41,689 nucleotides of DNA from a virus: the IMG/VR virus record IMGVR_UViG_3300045988_150364. One strand, 5' to 3'. Under the pieces are notes generated by a model. The model made no database searches, was not told the DNA's origin, and saw only the letters and a program-made list of their open reading frames with translations. Numbering within the stretch: the stretch's first letter is position 1; every line of letters starts with the position of its first letter. The position numbers and the translations under genes were made by a program. This document shows positions 25,408-32,860 of this stretch, in pieces.

Positions 25408-26529
25408 GTGAGCGTAACAACTACGGCAACAAAAATAAGCTATGAGTTTAAACCTGATACCTCATATTCTCTGCCATTTGAATATCAGAGTGCAGATGAC
25501 GTGAAGGTCAGCTATGAAGACGATAAGGGCAGCGAAGTGCTTTTGAATTATGGCACGGATTATACTGTAGAAAACCTTATTGTTACTGTGTCCGCAAGTT
25601 TACCTGAAGGTACTGTTTTAAACTTTTACCGTAATACGGATATAGTACAGCCAACAGTATTTCCGCCGCAGGTGCTGACACAGGCATATGAGACTGCGAT
25701 AGATCGAAATACGATGTGTATTCAGGAAGTTAAAACAGATTTCGGCGAACTTCGTGAAGAGGTTGAAGACTTTGAGAAAAAAACAAATGAAGAGATTGAC
25801 CGCTTCGAATCTGAGGTTACTACTGAAATTGAAAACTTTGAAAAAGAAACGACTGAAAGAATTGAAAAGTTTGAAGAAAATGCCGAGAAAGTAATCGAGC
25901 AGGCGCAGGCGAGTGCAGAATCTGCAAAGAAGTCTGAAACGGCAGCAGCAGAAAGTGCAGAATCTGCAAAAAAAGATGCAGAGAAAGCAGAAGATGCAGC
26001 TGACCGTGCAGAAGATATTTTACTACGTTTTGAGAGCGGAACTATAACAAAAGAGTTTACTGCGACAGATGACAGATGGACTGAAAACAACGGCATGTGG
26101 CGCCTTACAATGGCAATGGGTAACAGCAGGCTTATAGGCGTTTACAAGGAAGTCAAGAAGCCTCAGTATGAAATGGTACTAACCGGCGTTTATATGGACG
26201 CTGAAAATGTGATTATCGAAGTTCCTGAAAAGTTTGCAGGCATCGTTATACTGGCGTCGCTGACAAAAAAGACTGGTGATAAGGTCTATGTCAAAAACTT
26301 TACGGAGGAAGATTTTGCAGAGGTTGGCAGTGATTTCGTACTAACCATATCCGCTGAGGAACACCAGGCAGGAAACAGTCCGGTCATTGTCAGCTTAACA
26401 CAAATAATTGATGGAGTTAGTTATCCTTACTATGCTAATGCCGGAGTAGATAATAACGGTAACGTTGTTATAAATGTGAGCAAAGCGTTCACAGGGAAAA
26501 TAATATTGGATGGAGGTTACTTAGAATGA
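25408..26529 (+). CDS. Tail fibre protein with T7 gp17-type N-terminal adaptor domain
   Basis: 373 aa. ISYEFKPDTSYSLPFEYQSADDVKVSY...LNYGTDYTV...LTQAYETAIDRNTMCIQEV aligns with the T7 gp17 N-terminus (TYQLDGSNRDFNIPFEY...INTDYRF...LRAYDLNVAQIQTMHVAEE). A Glu/Ala-rich coiled coil follows, then a domain containing EKFAGIVIL. Confidence 0.8.
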   Translation: MSVTTTATKISYEFKPDTSYSLPFEYQSADDVKVSYEDDKGSEVLLNYGTDYTVENLIVTVSASLPEGTVLNFYRNTDIVQPTVFPPQVLTQAYETAIDRNTMCIQEVKTDFGELREEVEDFEKKTNEEIDRFESEVTTEIENFEKETTERIEKFEENAEKVIEQAQASAESAKKSETAAAESAESAKKDAEKAEDAADRAEDILLRFESGTITKEFTATDDRWTENNGMWRLTMAMGNSRLIGVYKEVKKPQYEMVLTGVYMDAENVIIEVPEKFAGIVILASLTKKTGDKVYVKNFTEEDFAEVGSDFVLTISAEEHQAGNSPVIVSLTQIIDGVSYPYYANAGVDNNGNVVINVSKAFTGKIILDGGYLE

Positions 26530-27362
26530 GTGTAGAAAAAATTGTCACTGGAACTTTAGCAGAGAGAGACGCTAAGATTAATGCTAATTTTGAAGCGTTG
26601 GATACCGACAAGCTCGGTAAGACCGAAACTGCCGCTGACAGTAGCAAATTAGGTGGCGTAGCGGCTGCTAGTTATGCAAAGACTGCTGATATGAACAGTG
26701 CTATTGAGGCTGCAAAGTCGGCAGTAAAAGATGAGCTGATTGACGGAGCGCCTGGTGCTTACGATACGTTAAAAGAAATTGCCGATTACATTGCAGAAGA
26801 TAAAACGGGTGCGGCAGCTATGAATGAAGCTATAGCAGGTAAACTCGGTAAAACTGAAACTGCAGCTGCTGCCGCTAAACTAACAACTTCTGCCGGCAGT
26901 ACAACACAGCCTGTATATTTTGATGATGGTGTTCCTAAAGCTTGTACTTATGAACTTAACAAAACAGTACCAGCTGATGCTGTATTTACGGATACTGTAT
27001 ATACACTGCCTACTGCATCTGCTAGTGTTCTAGGCGGCGTAAAAACTGGTTCAAATATCACTAACAGCAGCGGGACAATCAGTATTACTAAAGCTAATGT
27101 TGTGGCGGCATTAGGGTATACTCCGCCTACTTCTGCTACTACAGTAACCAAAACTGAATTTACAGCAAGTAGCGCCAACTGGGGAACATTATCAAACGGC
27201 TACTATCCATTTACCTTAGCAGCTTCAGGAAAACACTTCCTTGGTATGTATCGTACTAATAGCAGTACCTATGAGAGTGTTATGGTAGACGTAGTTGAAA
27301 GTAGCAGTAATATCATAATCCAAAGTACGGAGAAGTTTGCCGGCTTTGTTCTGACGATTTGA
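26526..27362 (+). CDS. Tail fibre protein 2 (phage fibre repeat type)
   Basis: 278 aa; repeated KLGKTETAA / KTADMNSAI motifs. Its C-terminal domain (...TEKFAGFVLTI) is paralogous to the EKFAGIVIL domain of the first fibre. Confidence 0.7.
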   Translation: MSVEKIVTGTLAERDAKINANFEALDTDKLGKTETAADSSKLGGVAAASYAKTADMNSAIEAAKSAVKDELIDGAPGAYDTLKEIADYIAEDKTGAAAMNEAIAGKLGKTETAAAAAKLTTSAGSTTQPVYFDDGVPKACTYELNKTVPADAVFTDTVYTLPTASASVLGGVKTGSNITNSSGTISITKANVVAALGYTPPTSATTVTKTEFTASSANWGTLSNGYYPFTLAASGKHFLGMYRTNSSTYESVMVDVVESSSNIIIQSTEKFAGFVLTI

Positions 27363-27373
27363 GGTGAGGAAAA

Positions 27374-27949
27374 ATGGGACTTGAAGGATTAGTAACAGTT
27401 GAAAAAATAAGAGCCGCAATTAACGCATCACTGTCAGGACTGAGTAATTCTGATGCAACGATTACTATAACAAAGAACGATAATACAACGAGTACTATTA
27501 CTATTAACAATGTAGCTAATGCGACTACCGCAACTACAGCAACAAAACTCGGGAGCAGCACGGTAGGCAGTGGCGTCAAGGCAATTTATCTTAATGCTGG
27601 TACAGCAACTGAGAGTAACAGTACTGTAGGTGACAGTACCACGCCGGTGTACTTAAACGCTGGCGCTATAACAGCTTGTGCTGCAAGTATTGGTTCCGGT
27701 TGGACTGTTTCAACAGGATCGGCAGGTTGGGCTCGGGAAAATTCCACTGGATTTACCATCCAGTGGGGCGATCAAACTACATTCCCCCGTACTTTTACAA
27801 CAGCGTTTCAGGTTGTAATGCAAACTAATAACAATAAAGGTGAACAATTATATAAGAACCAAGTAACTGTAACAGCTATCTCTAACAATGGTTTTACCAT
27901 TGGGTCGCCCGGACAAGGACAAAGATATGTAGCGTTTGGTATAAGTTAA
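27374..27949 (+). CDS. Tail fibre / receptor-binding tip protein whose last 60 codons lie inside an invertible segment
   Basis: 191 aa, Thr/Asn/Ser/Gly-rich. Codons 122-131 (ENSTGFTIQW) are encoded exactly by the 30-bp left inverted repeat. Confidence 0.7.
   Translation: MGLEGLVTVEKIRAAINASLSGLSNSDATITITKNDNTTSTITINNVANATTATTATKLGSSTVGSGVKAIYLNAGTATESNSTVGDSTTPVYLNAGAITACAASIGSGWTVSTGSAGWARENSTGFTIQWGDQTTFPRTFTTAFQVVMQTNNNKGEQLYKNQVTVTAISNNGFTIGSPGQGQRYVAFGIS
27737..27766. repeat. IR-L: GAAAATTCCACTGGATTTACCATCCAGTGG, perfect inverted repeat of 28162-28191. Contains the internal palindrome CCACTGGAT-TTACC-ATCCAGTGG.
   Basis: The exact 30-bp reverse complement is found 395 bp downstream. Confidence 0.9.
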
Positions 27950-28161
27950 GTCAAGCCACAAGCATAAAGTCTACAAGGCTGTGAACCACTCCAGCGATCA
28001 TCATTGTAACCATTACATAGGGTAAAACTAATACTGGTATTACTAACACTTGTAACAAATGTTTCGCAGTTGCTGGTTGCTATAACATTCGCATAATACA
28101 AAGTTGAAAAGCTTCTGGGGAAATTAATACTTCTATATGTAGCATCAGTATTGCCTACCCA
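27946..28161 (-). other. Alternative tail-fibre C-terminal cassette (71 codons plus stop, no start codon), read on the minus strand in frame with IR-R
   Basis: Minus-strand translation continuing from the IR reads ENSTGFTIQW|WVGNTDATYRSINFPRSFSTLYYANVIATSNCETFVTSVSNTSISFTLCNGYNDDRWSGSQPCRLYACGLT*. This is homologous but diverged from the current C-terminus (FPRTF/FPRSF, VTVTAISNNGFTI/VTSVSNTSISFTL). It converges tail-to-tail on the fibre stop codon. Confidence 0.7.
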
Positions 28162-28191
28162 CCACTGGATGGTAAATCCAGTGGAATTTTC
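28162..28191. repeat. IR-R: CCACTGGATGGTAAATCCAGTGGAATTTTC (reverse complement of IR-L)
   Basis: Read in the sequence; identity ends exactly at the 30-bp boundary on both sides. Confidence 0.9.
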
Positions 28192-28210
28192 TATAAGGAG
28201 AAATAAAAGT

Positions 28211-28810
28211 ATGACCTATTTAATAAAATTTGACGAAAATGGCAGACGCAGTGACACTTACGTCGCCGAAGAAAAAACACAGGAACAAGTTACAGAACTG
28301 CTTGAAAAAGGGTTTGTATTAATTACAGAGAAAGATTATCAATTATTGATCGGCAATGTGGACGGTAAAGAATATATACGCAACGCTGACGGTACTTATA
28401 GTGAATATGAATTGCCTGAGCCTACATTGGAAGAACTTAAAGCTATCAAGCTGTCAGAGGTAGACGCTTGGACTGAAAGTAAAATCACAGGCGGTTTTAT
28501 ATCTGAATGCACTGGTGAGATAGTAAGATATGATAGCGATAAGGACACGCAGCTTACGATGCAGGGGATTGCGCTGAACGTAAGCACTGAACGATTTAAA
28601 AATGAATATCCTGACGGCTGTCCGGTACGGGGGTATAAAGATGGTGAAACTGTTAAAACAATACAGTATCTTAATGCTTCGCAGGTATATACATGGTGTG
28701 CTGACTTATCGTCCCACGTGGGCGCTTGCAAACAACAAGGTTGGAGTAAGCAGGCAGAGGTAGCCGCAGCATCAAGCAAAGAGGAATTGGACGCTATTAC
28801 CTTAGACTAG
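28211..28810 (+). CDS. Hypothetical protein downstream of the invertible segment (possible tail-fibre assembly/chaperone; not a recombinase)
   Basis: Start set at the Met of MTYLIKFDENG with an AAGGAGAAAT RBS (199 aa). The track ORF start at 28151 would read through IR-R. No serine or tyrosine recombinase motifs. Confidence 0.45.
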   Translation: MTYLIKFDENGRRSDTYVAEEKTQEQVTELLEKGFVLITEKDYQLLIGNVDGKEYIRNADGTYSEYELPEPTLEELKAIKLSEVDAWTESKITGGFISECTGEIVRYDSDKDTQLTMQGIALNVSTERFKNEYPDGCPVRGYKDGETVKTIQYLNASQVYTWCADLSSHVGACKQQGWSKQAEVAAASSKEELDAITLD

Positions 28811-28819
28811 AGGTGTGAA

Positions 28820-29185
28820 ATGGATTTACAAGCAAATGTATTTATGGTGATAAGTCTGTTGGTACAGAGCGGATTTATCGGTGTAGCTTGGAAGATATAT
28901 TCAAACTACAAAAAGCAGGTAGAGGAACGAGGTAAGAAAACAGAAGCCCTTCATAATGCGACACGCAGTCTGCTCAGGACAGAGATCATAGGAATTTATC
29001 ATAAGTCTGAGGAAGATGGATTTATACCGCTATATAACTTGGAAAATATAACTGATATGTATAGCTGTTATAAAGCACTTGGTGGTAATGGAGCAATCAC
29101 AGAGCTGTACCATAAAGCATTACAGCTGCCGCAAAAATCTCCTGATAATGAACGTGGGGAGTGTAATAAATGCTTGAGAAAATAA
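28820..29185 (+). CDS. Putative holin-like membrane protein (one N-terminal TM helix)
   Basis: 121 aa; the N-terminal TM helix (VFMVISLLVQSGFIGVAW) is followed by a charged cytoplasmic tail; first gene of the lysis cluster. Confidence 0.35.
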   Translation: MDLQANVFMVISLLVQSGFIGVAWKIYSNYKKQVEERGKKTEALHNATRSLLRTEIIGIYHKSEEDGFIPLYNLENITDMYSCYKALGGNGAITELYHKALQLPQKSPDNERGECNKCLRK

Positions 29186-29508
29186 AAAACTTAATAGTAG
29201 GTGCTAGAAATAAAGTAGCCTCAATGTCGCCAAAAATAATGGCTGTCATTGTAGGCTATTTTATTGCAGTCGTTTTGCTGGTACTGACCTATTACGCTGC
29301 ATGGATGTATATGTGGTTATGGCTAGATAAGATTATTATGTCTGACCTGCTGGCGCTGATAAGAGAGATCACAGGTCCGGCTATGGTTGCATTTGTGACT
29401 TTCGTAGCTACGAGTTTAGTAGATAAAGACGGGGACGGTGTCCCTGATAAATTTGAACAGGAGGCAGAGAATAATGGGGGCAGTAACAAAAAGAATCACT
29501 TTAGATGA
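29170..29508 (+). CDS. Holin (2-3 TM)
   Basis: 112 aa; TM segments IMAVIVGYFIAVVLLVLTYYAAWMYMWLWL and AMVAFVTFVATSLV with a charged C-terminus; immediately upstream of, and overlapping, the endolysin gene. Confidence 0.5.
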   Translation: MLEKIKNLIVGARNKVASMSPKIMAVIVGYFIAVVLLVLTYYAAWMYMWLWLDKIIMSDLLALIREITGPAMVAFVTFVATSLVDKDGDGVPDKFEQEAENNGGSNKKNHFR

Positions 29509-30019
29509 GCTACGGCAGTTAGCAGCAAGGGCTAGAGGTAATATTGATAAGATCTATCTACACTGGTCAGCTGGTATTTATCACCAGTTTTTTAGTGACT
29601 ATCACCTAAACATTGACAGCGACGGCGCCGTTATGGCGACAACCGATGATTTAACTGAATATAAGGCTCATACATGGCGGCGCAATTCTAGAGCTATTGG
29701 GATTGCTTTAGCGTGCTGTGTAGATGCTGTAGCCTATGCTGATGGAAGTATCGACTTTGGCAACGTGCCACCGACAGAGTTACAGATAGATAGTATGGCG
29801 AAAGTTGTAGCTGTACTGTGTGAGGAGCTTGGATTGGACATTAATGCCGATACCGTAATGACACATGCAGAAGCAGCAGACTTAGACGACTACGGCCCGG
29901 CAACTACTTTTGAACGCTGGGACTTGTGGAAATTGCCAGATGTGCCAGGCGACGGAGAACTGAAACCAGGCGGGCAGGTCATCAGGGGCAAGGCGATCTG
30001 GTGGCATCATAATTGGTAA
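29474..30019 (+). CDS. Endolysin: N-acetylmuramoyl-L-alanine amidase (Amidase_2/PGRP, T7-lysozyme-like), single domain
   Basis: Start set at MGAVTKR with a GGAGGCAGAG RBS; IYLHWSAG...H...NIDSDG...H.WRRNSRAIGIAL...C is the zinc-amidase signature. No cell-wall-binding domain. Confidence 0.8.
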   Translation: MGAVTKRITLDELRQLAARARGNIDKIYLHWSAGIYHQFFSDYHLNIDSDGAVMATTDDLTEYKAHTWRRNSRAIGIALACCVDAVAYADGSIDFGNVPPTELQIDSMAKVVAVLCEELGLDINADTVMTHAEAADLDDYGPATTFERWDLWKLPDVPGDGELKPGGQVIRGKAIWWHHNW

Positions 30020-30043
30020 AGATTATATAAGGAGGTGACTAAT

Positions 30044-30142
30044 ATGGAAAAAGTAAAAGAATATTTAGCGAGCAAAGTTTTTTGGACCGGTATGATTATC
30101 GGCTTTGCTTTAGGTGCGTTGCATAGTTGGTTTGGCCTGTAA
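30044..30142 (+). CDS. Small membrane peptide (32 aa) in the lysis cluster
   Basis: AAGGAGGTGA RBS; WTGMIIGFALGALHSWFGL TM segment. Coordinates derived from the endolysin stop and could be off by 1 nt. Confidence 0.3.
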   Translation: MEKVKEYLASKVFWTGMIIGFALGALHSWFGL

Positions 30143-30289
30143 TATCAGAATAACCTTGTTCATATTTAGCTCGTGCGCCGAGAAAAAACTGTTGTAAAAG
30201 TAAATAGTAAAGCAACGGACTAAAACGGCGCACGTAGCGAATATGGCTGTCAAAATAGGAAAATAATGTACATGGAGTGAAAATCGTGT

Positions 30290-30742
30290 ATGAAAAAATA
30301 TATAATCATCGGTATTGTATTATTGTGGTCGTTATTATTGCTTGTATCACTGCCTGCTATATGTTCGGCAGAGGAACTTCCGGAAACAATAACGATGTCC
30401 AGGGAACAGTTCAACGAATTGCAGACGATAATAAACAGACAGGAAAATCTGTTGATAGGGCTGTCGAACACGTTGGAACTGCAGCAGATGAACTCGAACG
30501 AGCTGAAGAAGCTAATCGAAGAGCAGCGTTTATCTTATCAGAAGATAAGGGGCGAGCTAACGAGTGCGCAGGAATCATTGTCGAACTCCAAAAAAACAAT
30601 AGCAGAGCAAAACAAATCCTTAGAGACGTTGAGCGAACAAATAAAGAAAGAACAATCCAAAAGTGAATTGAAACAAAAACAGAAGGCTTTATGGGGATTT
30701 ATCGGAGGGGTATTAGTTGGGACAATAGCAGCGAGCAGGTGA
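30290..30742 (+). CDS. Spanin-like lysis protein (u-spanin architecture: N-terminal signal/lipobox-like segment, periplasmic coiled coil, C-terminal TM)
   Basis: 150 aa. The N-terminal signal/anchor segment (IIIGIVLLWSLLLLVSLPAICSAEE) is followed by a long coiled coil; the C-terminal segment ALWGFIGGVLVGTIAASR is hydrophobic. Located in the lysis cluster. The overlapping 30277-30666 frame is rejected. Confidence 0.5.
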   Translation: MKKYIIIGIVLLWSLLLLVSLPAICSAEELPETITMSREQFNELQTIINRQENLLIGLSNTLELQQMNSNELKKLIEEQRLSYQKIRGELTSAQESLSNSKKTIAEQNKSLETLSEQIKKEQSKSELKQKQKALWGFIGGVLVGTIAASR

Positions 30743-30747
30743 TTATT

Positions 30748-31014
30748 ATGGAAGCTTGCAGATCGTGGACAAAGAGCTGGTTGCTGACTTCCGGGAAGGC
30801 AGAGTTTCGCATGATCGTAGACGAGGCGAAGCTGACCCCAAGACAGCAAGAAATAATTGAACTGAAATTTATAGACGATCTTAAAAATTATCAGATTGCT
30901 ATGAGAATAAATACGTCGGTACAGACGGTAGAGCGTGACTTGATGCAGGCGTATAATTCCATTTACAGAATACTTGGAGGTATGGCTGATGACAAAAATA
31001 ATAGTAAGAAGTAA
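30748..31014 (+). CDS. Sigma-70 region-4-like HTH small regulator
   Basis: Start set at MEACRSW with an AGGTGA RBS; LTPRQQEIIELKFIDDLKNYQIAMRINTSVQTVERDLMQAYNSI matches the sigma region 4 / ECF-type HTH pattern. Confidence 0.55.
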   Translation: MEACRSWTKSWLLTSGKAEFRMIVDEAKLTPRQQEIIELKFIDDLKNYQIAMRINTSVQTVERDLMQAYNSIYRILGGMADDKNNSKK

Positions 31015-32860
31015 CCAGTCTTCTGTGAACCCTACTGCTAGCGGACAACGTGTAGGTGTAGAATATAACGATGCCGGAAACAGAGCAGCGGCTAATATGT
31101 ATGGTACTATCGGAAAAGCATTCAATGCAGGACTGGATGTTTTGAATAAAGAGCAGGAGCAAAATGAAGCACTGCGTGTGGCAAAAGCTACGAACGAATT
31201 TAATCTTGAACTTGGCAAACTGAAAGTTGACTACATGCAAAAGCGTCAGGGTAGTAATTCAGTTGGTGTGATAAACGACTTTTTAAAAGATGCAAATGTA
31301 TTGTCAGAACGTATTTATGCAAAATCTGGTATCCGCTATAAATTGGGCGAACAGGCCTTTAAACGCATAACAGATAATACCCTTGCTACTGACGGCGTAC
31401 AGCTCTATAAATTCCAGGAACAGGAAACACAAAAATATAAACAAAATGTCTTTGATCAATCTGCAGATAATTTGATAAACGGTGTAATCGATGGCGAGAG
31501 CTTGCTTGAGAATTATCCGATAATGGAAGGCTTGTATAGAAGTATGTTCCCAGATCTACCAAAAGAACAGTACAAACAAGTGGAAACAGAGATGGCAAAC
31601 CGTTATGCAGCTATATTGGTAAATGATGCGGTAAACCAGAACAACTATACTCTTGCCGAAGATAGGCTCAGCTATTTCCGGAACAAAATATCTCCAGAGG
31701 TGCGTACAAAGCTGGAAGCAGCTTTATATAGTGAACAGGAATATGTTGAAAATAGTGAGTTATCAAAACAACTTGTTGATATTCCACCTGATGAATGGGA
31801 TGCGTATCTTGAAAACTATGCTAAGGGAAAAGGAAACATAACCGAAGGTAAGTATACTTTTAACCCCGGTGTAAGCTTTGAAGGAATGCAGGAAAACGCA
31901 GTACAGGGTATAAAAGGCATAACAGGTATACTTAATCAATATGGCATAGATGATGTATATATAACAAGTACAAAGAATGACTACAGCGGCCATGCCCCGG
32001 GGAGCGCTCATTATGAAGGTGTAGGAGTCGATGTTGACAGTACTAAGTTAGGTGAATTGGACGAATCCAGCCGTAATATACTGGCTGATAGGATGGAACG
32101 TGCCTACCCAGGGCTAAAAGTTTTGAATGAGTACGATGATCCGTCTGACTATGCAACAGCTGGGCACTTCCATCTTGACTTCACAAACTACAAAGGCGAA
32201 AGCAGGCTTGGCGCGAGTGGACTGAGTGCTAGAAGAAGAGATCAGATAAAGGCTAAAGCTTCAGCTATATTGAGGGATAAAGATCGTGCACTAAAAGAAC
32301 AGCGACAAAAATACAAAAATGATTTAGCGTTAAAAATAAATACTGCTCCTACGGAAGCTGAAGCTGTTGATATGATAAATAATTCTGATTTGGATAGTGA
32401 AGAAAAAATTAAATTGATAGCAGCTCAAAGACGGGTTAGAAACCCGTCAAATTATATGACTACTGCTGATGCTGAAATGTGGAAATATGTAAACAGTGGA
32501 AATTATAATAAAGATTTAACTTTAATGGAAGAATATAATAATCGTGTTATGGATAGTACTGATGAAATAACTCCTGCTCAGCAAAGAATGTACAATAGAG
32601 CTGCTGTGAAGTTAAATGATTATTATGCATGGGCTAATCATAACTATCAGACCAGAGATTATAAACAGGACTATAGCAATAACCAAGAGTACGAACAAAT
32701 GCTTTCAGATATTGAATATATGGCAGAACGAGGTGCTTCTAAAAACGAAATAACGAAATATGTGCAGGACATAGCTAAAGAAAATGGCTTTGATGAACAA
32801 TATATTCTTAACACTATTATGTGGGATAAATTAGGTAAAATTGAAGGCGGTGTGAAATAA
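30989..32860 (+). CDS. Large virion-associated protein with M15/LAS-type peptidoglycan peptidase motif (candidate ejection protein / structural lysin)
   Basis: 623 aa (ATG with GGAGGT RBS). SAHYEGVGVDVD and GHFHLDF match the S.H..G.A.D ... H.H LAS/peptidase_M15 active-site pattern. Confidence 0.55.
   Translation: MTKIIVRSNQSSVNPTASGQRVGVEYNDAGNRAAANMYGTIGKAFNAGLDVLNKEQEQNEALRVAKATNEFNLELGKLKVDYMQKRQGSNSVGVINDFLKDANVLSERIYAKSGIRYKLGEQAFKRITDNTLATDGVQLYKFQEQETQKYKQNVFDQSADNLINGVIDGESLLENYPIMEGLYRSMFPDLPKEQYKQVETEMANRYAAILVNDAVNQNNYTLAEDRLSYFRNKISPEVRTKLEAALYSEQEYVENSELSKQLVDIPPDEWDAYLENYAKGKGNITEGKYTFNPGVSFEGMQENAVQGIKGITGILNQYGIDDVYITSTKNDYSGHAPGSAHYEGVGVDVDSTKLGELDESSRNILADRMERAYPGLKVLNEYDDPSDYATAGHFHLDFTNYKGESRLGASGLSARRRDQIKAKASAILRDKDRALKEQRQKYKNDLALKINTAPTEAEAVDMINNSDLDSEEKIKLIAAQRRVRNPSNYMTTADAEMWKYVNSGNYNKDLTLMEEYNNRVMDSTDEITPAQQRMYNRAAVKLNDYYAWANHNYQTRDYKQDYSNNQEYEQMLSDIEYMAERGASKNEITKYVQDIAKENGFDEQYILNTIMWDKLGKIEGGVK

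Noticed and set aside
27767-28161. Diversity-generating retroelement (TR/VR pair) as the explanation for the duplicated fibre tip
   Set aside because: No reverse transcriptase gene is present. The shared 30 bp is perfectly identical, with no adenine-specific substitutions. The copies are inverted and converge on a shared stop, which fits site-specific inversion.
28151-28210. Track ORF start at 28151 (MPTHHWMVNPVEF...)
   Set aside because: That N-terminus is simply IR-R read in frame. The Met at 28211 has a proper RBS.
30277-30666. Alternative frame 30277-30666 overlapping the spanin-like gene
   Set aside because: The 30290 frame gives a coherent signal peptide, coiled coil and TM architecture; the other frame is low-complexity.
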